Virus record (IMG/VR): IMGVR_UViG_3300045988_119396
DNA length: 64,000 nt
Source: a virus
Reading direction: 5' to 3' (one strand)
Notes under the pieces: model-generated
Seen by the model: only the letters and a program-made list of their open reading frames with translations
The model's database searches: none
Told to the model about the DNA's origin: nothing
Shown here: positions 27,142 through 37,707 of the stretch, piece by piece
Position numbering within the stretch: position 1 is the stretch's first letter
Layout: every line of letters begins with the position of its first letter
Position numbers and translations under genes: made by a program

Positions 27142-27660
27142 CTAATCTACCTCACCATCTTTTAACTCAAAAATAACCGTATCTCCGCCATCAACAGCAT
27201 GTGCATAAATATTGTGATAATGTTCCAAATACCATAATTCAGTTTCATGCAAGATATTTGATACATCACTTACATGCTCTTTTAGCGTATAGCCTTTTTT
27301 CTTCATACTTTTAGTTCTTCCAATAATAAGTAGCAAAAGTATTCTCTTTTTCTTTCGGTTTTCAGCGGTGTTATTTGCGTCCTCGGCTGTAGGTATCCAA
27401 ACAGCACATTCCAAATTGGCATCACCATCTGAATTTTGGGGTTTGCCAAAAACAATACCCAGCTTTGTCATATCTGTATCGGGGTTACTACCAAGATTTT
27501 TAATCTTATAGCCTAAAGTTTCCAAAGCCGCCATAACTTTAACCAAATACTGATTTGGTATGTTGACTTCTGTATTAAACACCCCAATTTCAGCCACGTT
27601 ATTGATTGAACTACTTACCTCTGCCAATACCCTTAACGGAATGTTGTCCATGTTAACCAT
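27142..27660 (-). CDS. hypothetical protein, paralog 3
   Basis: Same conserved blocks. Confidence 0.55.
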   Translation of the reverse strand: MVNMDNIPLRVLAEVSSSINNVAEIGVFNTEVNIPNQYLVKVMAALETLGYKIKNLGSNPDTDMTKLGIVFGKPQNSDGDANLECAVWIPTAEDANNTAENRKKKRILLLLIIGRTKSMKKKGYTLKEHVSDVSNILHETELWYLEHYHNIYAHAVDGGDTVIFELKDGEVD

Positions 27661-28009
27661 GCTTATAATATCCTTCCTCTACTAACACTTTTTCTATTTT
27701 ATCTAAGTATTTACTTACGATAGCCATTGCACCGCTAAGCACTTCGATATGGCTAACTGGAATAAACCCATCTAGTTCGTACATGTCACCAACCTTGTCA
27801 AGAACAATATTTTCGCTCTTGTATTCGATATATATTCTATCGAGTTTTTCTCCGTTAAAGTCACAACCCTCATCATAAAACAATGATGTATCAAACTCTT
27901 CGCCATAAAAATCCATGGGATATACATATACTTCATCGTTATATTTTTTTTCTACTTCTTCAACCATATCGGCGAGTATATCTTGAACTTTCCAAGATAA
28001 ATCATTCAT
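27653..28009 (-). CDS. hypothetical protein
   Basis: Track ORF. Confidence 0.5.
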   Translation of the reverse strand: MNDLSWKVQDILADMVEEVEKKYNDEVYVYPMDFYGEEFDTSLFYDEGCDFNGEKLDRIYIEYKSENIVLDKVGDMYELDGFIPVSHIEVLSGAMAIVSKYLDKIEKVLVEEGYYKHG

Positions 28010-28075
28010 GAGTTACCCCTCCTTTTCATCAATATAATTTGCCATACTCCTTTCTTGCATAGTATTATTAATACG

Positions 28076-28420
28076 CTATCCCATAATATATTGTTTTTCA
28101 GTAATTACTTGTTCTTGCCAATTATTACTATGGTTAATTAAGCTGATATTTTTAGTTGATGTATAACTTTTATCACTATTGCTTACATACTCACCAAAAA
28201 TATCTCTTAGCCTTGTACCCGCCCCTTTAGCAGTAAATCCACTAATATAGCCTTTCTTGTTGCTATTCTTAATTTTGGCATAATCATTTAGCCAAAATCC
28301 TCTAGCGTATTTAGTATTTTTAGAATTTCTTTTACTTGTTATATTAGGTGTCTTACGACCCTTACGTGCCGTAGCCTCATGTAAGGAACGCTTTTTCTTT
28401 CTAAATTGTTTAAACATCAT
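28076..28420 (-). CDS. Lys/Arg-rich protein; possibly frameshifted C-terminal remnant of the IscB-like gene
   Basis: Frame is open back to 28475; contains WLNDYAKI resembling RuvC-III N-D-x-A-x-x-I. Confidence 0.35.
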   Translation of the reverse strand: MMFKQFRKKKRSLHEATARKGRKTPNITSKRNSKNTKYARGFWLNDYAKIKNSNKKGYISGFTAKGAGTRLRDIFGEYVSNSDKSYTSTKNISLINHSNNWQEQVITEKQYIMG

Positions 28421-28457
28421 AATGCTAGTTGGTTTTGCTTTGATTTTTCTAATCCCA

Positions 28458-29387
28458 CTAATTATTATAGTGGGACTTAGTTAATTCTAAGTCAGCTCGC
28501 TGTAATGTTGTCCATGCTCCATACTGAAATTTAGCTTGAGGGAAAGCTAAAAATAGTCTTCTTCTTAGAATGTTCATGAAAGTCGCACCTTTATAAGACT
28601 TGTTGACTTTCTTTTTATCCTTACACCATTTAGCTAAAATTCCAGTTTGGTGATTTTTAGTTGTGTGGCAATTAGAACATACTGTAATTAGATTATTTAC
28701 AGTGTTAGTTCCACCTAAAGAACGGTAGATAATATGGTGGATTTTGAGTTTACCACCTTTTTTCTTACATACTTGACAAGTATAGTTATCTCTAGCTAAA
28801 ACAAATTGTTTAACAGTTTGATAGCCGTATAAATCACCTTGCTGATAACCCTCACCATTTATTTCTGGATTTTTCATTTTTTGAATATCAAACTTACCTA
28901 CTTCGATATGTAAATCAGCTTTAGGTAAGACTGATAATAAACGCTTTATCCAGTTGATATTATGGTTAACTTTACTTAATACCGAAGGCGGTAGCCAGTT
29001 ATCTTTTTTCTTAGCTATACGATTTAAAAATTTAGCTTTACGATAACGTGTTTTACGGTTACGTCTACTTCTACGATATATTCTTCTAGTATCTATTAGC
29101 TTTTTGACATCTTGTCTTAACTCTACTTCGCCTTGAAATAAGACTTTATCTTGGCTTGTAACAGCTAGTCCAATATGTCTTTGACCGCTATCAATACCAA
29201 TACTTATATCCTGTTTATAACCAGTTGAACCATATAAGAGCTGAATGGTAAAAGGTTCTTTTTTAAGTACCTTAGCTTTACCATCTCTTAACAAAATTCT
29301 AGCTTTTCTAGGCTTACATGGCATTAACGCTTTACCATGTTTGTTAATCACAAAAACTCGGTTTTGCATAATTTGTACTCCTTTCAT
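28458..29387 (-). CDS. iscB: IscB-like OMEGA nuclease (PLMP + RuvC-I + bridge helix + RuvC-II + HNH), ORF ends inside RuvC-III
   Basis: KALMPCKPRKARILL (PLMP), IGIDSGQRHIGLAV, RRIYRRSRRNRKTRYRK, LHIEVGKFD, CQVC..HHIIYRSLGGTNTVNNLITVCSNCH, then KSHYNN-stop. Confidence 0.7.
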   Translation of the reverse strand: MKGVQIMQNRVFVINKHGKALMPCKPRKARILLRDGKAKVLKKEPFTIQLLYGSTGYKQDISIGIDSGQRHIGLAVTSQDKVLFQGEVELRQDVKKLIDTRRIYRRSRRNRKTRYRKAKFLNRIAKKKDNWLPPSVLSKVNHNINWIKRLLSVLPKADLHIEVGKFDIQKMKNPEINGEGYQQGDLYGYQTVKQFVLARDNYTCQVCKKKGGKLKIHHIIYRSLGGTNTVNNLITVCSNCHTTKNHQTGILAKWCKDKKKVNKSYKGATFMNILRRRLFLAFPQAKFQYGAWTTLQRADLELTKSHYNN

Positions 29388-29637
29388 TTTTTATAAGGTA
29401 CTAACGACCTTATCACGTATTTATCAGAGTTAATAAATACATGTAGTTACCCTTCGACAATGTTATTTCAGCTTATAAACAAGGTTGACTAGCACATTAA
29501 CCTTATGCTTGTTTACAGAGCCTCCATAGTGCTAGAAACTAGGGTATCATTTCTAGGTATGTTCACTGAAATAACGTAGTTCTCTAAGAACTTAGTCTAG
29601 ACAACAAAATTATTAAGTTACCTACTTTAGTAGGTGG
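29388..29637 (-). ncRNA. candidate IscB omega-RNA region (5' of iscB, same strand)
   Basis: 250-nt ORF-free stretch with several hairpins (CCTAC/GTAGG, CTAGAAA/TTTCTAG, TCTAGA). Confidence 0.3.
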
Positions 29638-30135
29638 TTACTGTTGACCCTTCTTAGTCATTTCTTCCAAAGCGTCTTGCCACTTATATTCCACATCTTC
29701 CTTGATAATAGGGTTAGTTTTCTTCGTCAGACCAACAACCTTAACCCTAAAGTCATGAACACGAGGAACTACAATCTCAACAGGAATACCATATTGCTTA
29801 GCAAACATCTTAAATCTTAATTGTGCTGCTGGGTCAATATTGTATGTTGAGTTAAACCCTGTCTTGACGTCATAAACATGCAGCAAGTTACCATCTTCAT
29901 CTCTTATCACAACATCTGGTGTGTAATTAGCACTTCTCAAACGCAGACCATTGTGTAATTCCACCATAGGTTGTATTGTAAAAGACTCGTGTACGGTAGC
30001 ATTTAAATCTCTACCATAAATAAATCGCTCATAAAACTTAGCTTCTTTTTCAGAGTCAAATTTCAGACCATTAAATTCAACTTTCTTACCAAAGTAAGTT
30101 GTTCTACCTCTATTAATTCTAGTTTTGCACCTCAC
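29638..30135 (-). CDS. DUF1064-family protein (PD-(D/E)XK-like)
   Basis: FDSEKEAKFY...QP...TPDVV..DEDG..HVYDVKTG matches DUF1064 pattern. Confidence 0.6.
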   Translation of the reverse strand: MRCKTRINRGRTTYFGKKVEFNGLKFDSEKEAKFYERFIYGRDLNATVHESFTIQPMVELHNGLRLRSANYTPDVVIRDEDGNLLHVYDVKTGFNSTYNIDPAAQLRFKMFAKQYGIPVEIVVPRVHDFRVKVVGLTKKTNPIIKEDVEYKWQDALEEMTKKGQQ

Positions 30136-30697
30136 TTATGCGATTTTGTTAAGAGCTTGTTTATTCTCTGAACCCTTAACTTAACTATTACATTATATCA
30201 TATATTAATATTAAATCAAGAATTAAACGCAAAAAAACCTCGCAGCAGAAAGCTACGAGGTCAAAAAGGTTTACAGTGTGTTATAATGTATTGTGGCGAA
30301 AGTTATAAAGACGGTGGCTGACTTATTAGAAAGTGTGGTGTTGCCTATGCAATGCGAAACTAACGAAAGGAAAGCCATTTGTGTCTGTCTATCAAGCCTT
30401 GATGTTGATGTTAACATTCGGTGTGTTTCTGTTAGCATTACTGACATACATCAGCAAAAAGTAAGCAACTTTGTTGTGACGATAGTAGATACAGTAAAAC
30501 CGTCCGATTGTAACTTTGGCGAGTTCGTGGACGGTTGCTGTATGTGACTATCTAAGTAACTATGCCACCGTCTTTTAAACGGTCGCTATAAGTCATGCTT
30601 CGGCATGGCTTTTTCTATTTATAGAATATCACAAAATGCAATAAATTACCATATTTGATATTCCACAACGTTTCACAGCATTCCATTTTTGTGTGAT

Positions 30698-32080
30698 TTA
30701 TGCTTCATATGAAATGTCTTCTGGAGTTTTGTCTAATCGAATTGATTTAATAGTAGGAAATCTAAGTGAAATGTTATTGTCGTTTTGATTGTTTGTTTCT
30801 TCAAAGTATTGGACATCTACAACTTTACCGATAATCTTGTTAGGGTTAGCCCAATATGTGTTACGTTCTTCCAATGTAAAGCCAGAACCTACCTTAACAT
30901 CATTGCCTTTATAGTCAATAATTACACCGCCTAGTGTGCCAGATAGTTCGCCTGTGCCTTCAAACACATCTTTGACTAAGACATCAGCATTGAAAAACTC
31001 TTTAACTTTTAAAATATCACTTGTACGTTTGGTTTGATATAAACCGTCTGAAAGATTAATCATTAAGCCTTCCCAGCCTAATGGTTCTACGTATTCTTCT
31101 TGTAGGGATAGGATAACATTTGGGTGATATGTGTCTTCATAGATATTTTCGACAATACGTAGATGTTGAGCTAATGGGTCAATTTCTGTAGATTTTACTG
31201 ATTTGAGTGGGTAGATAGAGTAGAAAGCATTAGCTAAATCTTCTTTTCGTTTCCAGAATGGGTCTTTAGATTTTCCAGTGGTAAATTCTTTGTAAGGCAA
31301 ACAGTCAAATGCGTTGAATAAAACTGAACTTTTATCAGCACTATCACTTCTCAAAATACTTGTCGTTAATCTAAACAAGTCCTTAGTTTCTAACCCATCA
31401 GTGTTGTATACAAGCAACTCACCATCTAGCACATAATCTTTTCCACCAAAGCCACGTTTCACCAATTCTTCTGCTTCATGTTCTTGAATATCCAAACCGT
31501 TAATCACTAAGCCTTTTCTTGTGTAGAATGTAGCCTTACCGTTCTTTACAATACAGATAGACCTATGCCCATCTAACTTTTGTGTAACGATAATTTCGCT
31601 ACCTTCTAGCCTATTCAAATACTTGTGATAGGGATAAGCTAATTGGCAGCCAAACTCTTCAATAAACCCCTTGCCTAATACCTTATTGATTGTTTTAGCT
31701 GTAATACCAACCTTTAGCTTTTTGGTAAAGACATCTTTTAGGAATTGCTTTGTTTCTTCATCTTCAAACTGGTTAATATAGGTTTGCAACATATACACCG
31801 TATCCAATTTACCAGTGTTATGTTTCTTAACCCAATCTAACAGATTTTCGTAATTGTATTTAAAACTTGTATTTAACACCATAAATTCATTATCTTTAAC
31901 GTTGGCATTAATCTTTTTAGTCGAAATACCAGTGGTAATAAAGTCGTCATAGACAAACTTCAATGTCTTAGTAAACAACTCATTATCCTTGTATTTCTTA
32001 ATAATATCCTCCTTAGCTTTCTTGGAAGATACAGATTTGATTTCTTTAAAAATATCTTTTAATTCAATGATATTATTCAT
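30698..32080 (-). CDS. ATP-dependent DNA ligase
   Basis: Motif I KLDGHR, motif III DGELLVY, motif IV EGLMIN, motif V LKVK. Confidence 0.8.
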   Translation of the reverse strand: MNNIIELKDIFKEIKSVSSKKAKEDIIKKYKDNELFTKTLKFVYDDFITTGISTKKINANVKDNEFMVLNTSFKYNYENLLDWVKKHNTGKLDTVYMLQTYINQFEDEETKQFLKDVFTKKLKVGITAKTINKVLGKGFIEEFGCQLAYPYHKYLNRLEGSEIIVTQKLDGHRSICIVKNGKATFYTRKGLVINGLDIQEHEAEELVKRGFGGKDYVLDGELLVYNTDGLETKDLFRLTTSILRSDSADKSSVLFNAFDCLPYKEFTTGKSKDPFWKRKEDLANAFYSIYPLKSVKSTEIDPLAQHLRIVENIYEDTYHPNVILSLQEEYVEPLGWEGLMINLSDGLYQTKRTSDILKVKEFFNADVLVKDVFEGTGELSGTLGGVIIDYKGNDVKVGSGFTLEERNTYWANPNKIIGKVVDVQYFEETNNQNDNNISLRFPTIKSIRLDKTPEDISYEA

Positions 32081-32567
32081 TAACGCTTACCCCACTACCT
32101 TCAAGATTTTCTAGCTTATCTTTAACTTTGTTAAATCTATCGTCATCTTTACCTTGTTCTTCTAAAATCTTAGCAAACAAACCAGATATGTTATTTTTAG
32201 TCTTTACTAAATATTCTTTTAATGATAAGACTTCGCATTCATCATTACCAACAATCTCATCAATTTTATACAACATACCATCATAGATATATTCAAACTC
32301 TACTAAGCACAATCTATCTTCACCTAGCACGTTGCCTACATCATTACAATGTAATACTAAGTTGTTTGTATTCATAATCTCACGTAGTAATTCTTGCCAA
32401 TTTCTTAATGCTGTTTCACAACTACTAATCTTTTCATCATTGTTTGGGTCGGCTGCTAATATTGTAGTTAGTACATCAACATCACGACAAGTTTTTGATA
32501 ATTCGATATTTTTAACTGCTATTACACGTTTGACTTTCACTTTACATACCACTGTCCTTTTTACCAA
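32073..32567 (-). CDS. hypothetical protein
   Basis: Track ORF. Confidence 0.5.
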   Translation of the reverse strand: MVKRTVVCKVKVKRVIAVKNIELSKTCRDVDVLTTILAADPNNDEKISSCETALRNWQELLREIMNTNNLVLHCNDVGNVLGEDRLCLVEFEYIYDGMLYKIDEIVGNDECEVLSLKEYLVKTKNNISGLFAKILEEQGKDDDRFNKVKDKLENLEGSGVSVNE

Positions 32568-35500
32568 AATTTATTAAATTAAATGCTTCTAACCAGAACT
32601 CTCTCTCATCTTCGCTCTTAGTCCATTTCCCATTGACATTAACTATCTTAGGTTTTGCAACAACCTTCTTAATATTGATGAAATCACCCACCTCTATTTT
32701 TTGAGATATATAGTTTCGTTTTAACACCAATATTTGACTTGCTTTTCCAGTTTTTAAGCTATAAATATTTAATTTATACCTATTACTCATCTTAGTTAAA
32801 TCAGCCACAAAAACGTAAGTATTAGGTAATTTGTCATTGGAATAGCTAATTTTCCCTTTTAGTTCTAACTGTTGTTTAAGTTGGTAATCTAGCGGAAAAT
32901 CAACGTTATTAGACGTTCTTTCAAACTCAAGGCATTCAAGATATGCCTTCTGTTTGTTGATGAACGTCTTATTCTTTGGTTTATATATTTTGATAAACTT
33001 TTCATAAGTATCAGCTAATAGTTCAGAGCCACCAAATTCATCAAAATAATTCAGCGATATTAAGTTTAGCATAATAGACTTATTAACTTCAACACATTTT
33101 TCTTTTTTTATGAAGATGTTTTTGTTGCACTTTGCAAGTTTGTCTATTTCCTTGACTTTTTCAGATGATAATTTATACAATTCTGTTAAATTTATTGCAT
33201 AATTACCCTCTTGAATTGACTTAATAGGCTCGTAAATATCCAATAACAAGTCTGTAAATGTGTCATATTGGTTGTCACGTAAACTGTATAATTGTTCACC
33301 AGCTTTCTCATTTACACGTTTGATTGGTTCGATACCTTCATAAATTGAGTTAGTTTCCTTATCCATGTAATACAATGCACGTGATTTTCTAAATCTAGCT
33401 GGCTTGATATTAATACCCCTGCTTTCAAGGTATGAAGTAACCTTTGCAATCTTTTCTGGTTTATCTTTCCAGATTTCACATGCTGCTGTACCCCACTCAA
33501 GAGGATAGTAATATCTTAACCATGTTGAGATATAGCCAATATATGAATATGCCATTGAGTGATTAATAGAGAAACCATAGTTAGCAGCGTCCATGAATAC
33601 TTGCATAAAGTCTTTTGCAATCTTTTCAGCATGTTCTGTGCTGTCACCATATTTTTCCGTCATGGTCTTAACAAATGCTGTATGGATTTTAGGCACTTCT
33701 TCATCGATAACTTCCTTCAATTTCTTACCTATTGACCGCCTAATAACGTCTGCAGCCCCCGCTGTGTACCCACAAAATTGCACTAAAAACTGGATTAATT
33801 GTTCTTGATATACAAGATTACCGAGTGTAGGAGCTAAAAATTCATTTAAGGCTGGGTGTCCGTTATCTTTAACAATGCCATGAGTTACATTATATAAATA
33901 ACTTGCACCAGATGGTCTTTGTGCTGCGTTGGCCAAACTTAACAAATCCATGTATCGAACTTTTGTTCTTTTATTATTATCGAACTCATTTTCGATTTTG
34001 TCAATAGTATCTGGTGCGAACAAATCTTTAAGAATTTGCCCCGCTCTATCAGCTTCAAATTGGAAGATACCAATATTATTATCACGCATGGAGTCCCAAA
34101 CCTTTTTATCTTCAAAATCAACAATATCTGTACTGTCTGGAGTTAGGTATGGCAAACCAGCTAATTTGCACGCTTTGGAGATTAAACCAACGTTATCCAA
34201 GCCCAACATATCAAACTTAACCCAGTTGTAATGGTCTATTTCTTTCATAGTAACTTGTGTTACAGGATAGTCCCATTTAGAGATAGTTTGAATACCAACA
34301 TGGTCGTCAATGGTATTAGTATCAATTAAAACACCAGCTGCATGTCTACCAAAGGAGTCAATTACACCTACAATTTGTTTTGCATTATCAAATAGTTCTT
34401 TGTGCTCTTCGTATAAGGTATTGTTGTAATTACCCTTATCATCAATCTGATTTCTAATACTTTGGATGTATTGTGGCTTACCAGCATATCTATCCATACC
34501 ATCTGCGATAGCCTTGATAGCACCTTTTAGACCATAAGTGTTAGTTGTTAAGATGGAGGCAGCGTGCCACTTATCATTAGTCAACATCCATTGTTGTAAC
34601 CATTGTTGGTCTTGACTATAGCTATCATTATCCACGTCCGCTAGGCTTACACGTTCTGGGTTCATAAATCGTTCAAAGTTTAATCCTAACTTAACACTGT
34701 CCATTTCAGTTTGATGACATAGATATGCGATTAAAGACCCCGATACCGAACCTCTTCCGTAACCAACATCAATATCATTATCGTGAGCTGCATTGAGGAT
34801 GTCTTCGTGGCACAGCATGTAATCAATCGCACCGTTGTGCTTATATACTTCATATTCGTGTTTAACTCTATCCAAGTACACTTTACGTTCTTCTTTAGGT
34901 TTGTCTAAGATGCCTCTATCTTTCAACCCTTGTTTAATTCTCTTTTGGAACTCTTTCTCTGGGTCTTTGTATAATTTAGGGTATTTATGACTTTTATCTA
35001 ACTCAAATTCTTCTACACTATTCGCAATATCTAAAGTTGATTTTAGACCTTGCGCTATAATTTCATCGCTCATAATATCAACATTGAAATCATCACGTTG
35101 CTTTTGGAATGACTGAACCATTTCATCGTAAGATTTAACCCATAATTCAAACTCGTCATCGCTATCGTAACCATTACGTTTTCCCTTTTTAACAATCATT
35201 CTTAGTTCATTATGTTTAGGGTTTAAAGCATGAACGTCATTACTAGTAATAACATGGCAGCCAACTAACCTAGCATACTTAATAGCTAAAGTGTTTAATT
35301 CAGCTTGTTCCTTATTATCATGTGGTTGAATTTCAAAATAGAACATATCTTTATGCAATTTAGCCATATCAAGCCATTGTTGTACTATGTTCTTTTTAGT
35401 GTTTCTTATTTCTTCTGTATCATCTTTTTGGAATTTGTTTTGATAGATAAAACCCGCTAAACAGGCTGTGGTAATATAGATATTACCGTTTTTAAAAGTT

Positions 35501-35883
35501 TGTTTTAATTCATCAAATAGAATACGAGGTTTACGATAGAAGTGTCCGTCCGTTCTATTAAAGGAGTTTGATGAAAGTTTGTTAATTTCCTTAACACCGT
35601 CATAATTTCGTGCTAAGAGAATTGTATGATAGGCTTCTTTGCCTTCCAAACTCATTGTCACATAGGCTTCCATTCCATGAATATATTTCAAACCAGCTTG
35701 TTCTGCCAGTTCCTTTCGATATATCCACCGAACTACATTCCCATGTTCAGTTGATGTTACTGCATTTAATCCATGTTCTTTAGCATAAGCAACATAATCT
35801 TTGAATTGAGTTACAACTTCAAAATAGTTACTATTACTAATATCTGTATGTTGATGTAAACTTATCCACTGCTTATCTGCCAT
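32542..35883 (-). CDS. dnaE: DNA polymerase III alpha subunit (DnaE-type, PHP domain)
   Basis: N-terminal PHP HQHTDISN..TEHGN; 1113 aa. Confidence 0.85.
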   Translation of the reverse strand: MADKQWISLHQHTDISNSNYFEVVTQFKDYVAYAKEHGLNAVTSTEHGNVVRWIYRKELAEQAGLKYIHGMEAYVTMSLEGKEAYHTILLARNYDGVKEINKLSSNSFNRTDGHFYRKPRILFDELKQTFKNGNIYITTACLAGFIYQNKFQKDDTEEIRNTKKNIVQQWLDMAKLHKDMFYFEIQPHDNKEQAELNTLAIKYARLVGCHVITSNDVHALNPKHNELRMIVKKGKRNGYDSDDEFELWVKSYDEMVQSFQKQRDDFNVDIMSDEIIAQGLKSTLDIANSVEEFELDKSHKYPKLYKDPEKEFQKRIKQGLKDRGILDKPKEERKVYLDRVKHEYEVYKHNGAIDYMLCHEDILNAAHDNDIDVGYGRGSVSGSLIAYLCHQTEMDSVKLGLNFERFMNPERVSLADVDNDSYSQDQQWLQQWMLTNDKWHAASILTTNTYGLKGAIKAIADGMDRYAGKPQYIQSIRNQIDDKGNYNNTLYEEHKELFDNAKQIVGVIDSFGRHAAGVLIDTNTIDDHVGIQTISKWDYPVTQVTMKEIDHYNWVKFDMLGLDNVGLISKACKLAGLPYLTPDSTDIVDFEDKKVWDSMRDNNIGIFQFEADRAGQILKDLFAPDTIDKIENEFDNNKRTKVRYMDLLSLANAAQRPSGASYLYNVTHGIVKDNGHPALNEFLAPTLGNLVYQEQLIQFLVQFCGYTAGAADVIRRSIGKKLKEVIDEEVPKIHTAFVKTMTEKYGDSTEHAEKIAKDFMQVFMDAANYGFSINHSMAYSYIGYISTWLRYYYPLEWGTAACEIWKDKPEKIAKVTSYLESRGINIKPARFRKSRALYYMDKETNSIYEGIEPIKRVNEKAGEQLYSLRDNQYDTFTDLLLDIYEPIKSIQEGNYAINLTELYKLSSEKVKEIDKLAKCNKNIFIKKEKCVEVNKSIMLNLISLNYFDEFGGSELLADTYEKFIKIYKPKNKTFINKQKAYLECLEFERTSNNVDFPLDYQLKQQLELKGKISYSNDKLPNTYVFVADLTKMSNRYKLNIYSLKTGKASQILVLKRNYISQKIEVGDFINIKKVVAKPKIVNVNGKWTKSEDEREFWLEAFNLINFGKKDSGM

Positions 35884-36520
35884 ATTCCTCTAACCACTTC
35901 TTTTCTCTGTTTTCTGTATCATAATGTTCTGCTAAGACTAATAAATTGCTACTGTCAAAATCTTCGTAAACATCACCATTATATGTTACTAAATCAGTGT
36001 AGTATAGCGCTTTACCATTTGGGTGATAGTCAAATTCCTTATCAAACATTGTAAATTTAATATGGCTAGTTGCATAACTGTCTAAATCTATATAACAATC
36101 ATCCGCTCTTACAGTTTTGCCACGATAATTAACTAATACAATAGAGTCTGCATAGATGGGGGCACCTTCTCTATCTTTAATACCTAAATCACCACAAACT
36201 CTAAAATATTCCATAATGGCACTTTCTAACCAATCTGTATCAAACTTGGTATCGTTGCGATATACTTTTGTATCTAACCACTCAGCAAAATGAACCAGAT
36301 TGTTAATTGGTGGTACTGTTGCATTATCCCAGCTGTCCCACCAACCATTTACCGTAATTTCTTTACCGTTAGCTAATTTGAATATAAAAGTAGGGTATTC
36401 AAACATTTCGTAAGTTCCAAAGCAAAATTCACAAGTTCCAACATCAACTTCTTCATATTCAGTTTGTACATCAATTAAATGTATTTCCATCCAAATTTCC
36501 TCCATTAAAATACTATCCAA
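35873..36520 (-). CDS. hypothetical protein
   Basis: Track ORF. Confidence 0.5.
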   Translation of the reverse strand: MDSILMEEIWMEIHLIDVQTEYEEVDVGTCEFCFGTYEMFEYPTFIFKLANGKEITVNGWWDSWDNATVPPINNLVHFAEWLDTKVYRNDTKFDTDWLESAIMEYFRVCGDLGIKDREGAPIYADSIVLVNYRGKTVRADDCYIDLDSYATSHIKFTMFDKEFDYHPNGKALYYTDLVTYNGDVYEDFDSSNLLVLAEHYDTENREKKWLEEYGR

Positions 36521-37559
36521 ACAACATGTTCATGATTTCATCTGTTTCATCATCTTGTTGTTTATCCATTTCACCACCGAATAGCCATGCTGTATCTTCA
36601 TCTAAGTTTTCTTCTGGTGGCAAATCATCTACTAAATTTTCACGTTTCTTAAAGTAATCAGATGTATGATATGCACACAATTTCTTGTCATAATAGTTAT
36701 CTGGGTCATATGGATATGTGTAAGATAGGTAACCTTCTAAATCTTCAATATCTTCTAAAGCTACAATTTCATCACACTTGTTGCCGATATGTTTATTCAA
36801 TTCTTTTATATCATCTTCATTAATATCAATTTCAATGAAGTAGTTTTCAATATAGAATTGTTCCCGAATATCTTCTGGTAAGTTATCCATATCGTTATTT
36901 GCACAAGCTGTATCAATCATTTCTTCGATTGTGATAGGGTCTAAGTCAGTTTTCTTCAACTTGGTTTCTAACTTCTTACGCATTTTCTCTACCCATTGAT
37001 AACGTTCTTGCACACTTGTTTTCCATTTACCATTTTCTTGTTTAAAATGAACTGTACAATATTTAGCCATATCAAAACGTGCCTTAATCTTATCGTAAGG
37101 AATACCATGTACTTGGTGTTCCGCCATAGCATACAATCTTAACTGCATTGATTTTTCTGGTAACTTAGCTTTTGAGAAACTAGACTTAGATGAAGTCTTA
37201 TAATCAACCAATACTAAATTCCCATCTTCATCAGTATATTCTGTATCAACATAACCAACGAATACATATTTATTACCCTTATCACTTTCAACAATGGCTC
37301 TAACAGGCTTTTCATTAACTGCTTTATCTGTCATAACCTTTGTATGTTTGAAATAGTGATTAAGGTTTTTGATGTAACCATCTTTAATCTTTACAGTATC
37401 AAACATGTAACGTGCTGGGTCGCTTTCCCATTTAGCTACAAACTTACTCCATTGCTTATACAAGTCATCATATTCAATTTCATGGTTGTAAAAGTCTTCC
37501 ATTTCTTGATGGAATTGAGAACCCATAAATGAATAGATATTACCCTTTGCTAAATCCAT
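36513..37559 (-). CDS. PD-(D/E)XK exonuclease (RecB/Cas4-like)
   Basis: LVLVDYKTS motif; position next to polymerase. Confidence 0.55.
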   Translation of the reverse strand: MDLAKGNIYSFMGSQFHQEMEDFYNHEIEYDDLYKQWSKFVAKWESDPARYMFDTVKIKDGYIKNLNHYFKHTKVMTDKAVNEKPVRAIVESDKGNKYVFVGYVDTEYTDEDGNLVLVDYKTSSKSSFSKAKLPEKSMQLRLYAMAEHQVHGIPYDKIKARFDMAKYCTVHFKQENGKWKTSVQERYQWVEKMRKKLETKLKKTDLDPITIEEMIDTACANNDMDNLPEDIREQFYIENYFIEIDINEDDIKELNKHIGNKCDEIVALEDIEDLEGYLSYTYPYDPDNYYDKKLCAYHTSDYFKKRENLVDDLPPEENLDEDTAWLFGGEMDKQQDDETDEIMNMLFG

Positions 37560-37707
37560 ATGCCATAAGTAAGTAGCTACGTAATCCCATTTACATGCCT
37601 CAAACTTGGAAACTCTACTATAACTCCAAATTCTATCTACATCATACTTTTTCTTTAACGCATTTAGTTGTTCTTTGGTTAATCGTGCTATTTTATCTTA
37701 TCCCACC

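Noticed and set aside
33312-34231. Short ORFs on other frames or strand inside the DnaE gene
   Set aside because: Embedded in a continuous 1113-aa polymerase ORF with clear PHP-domain motifs.
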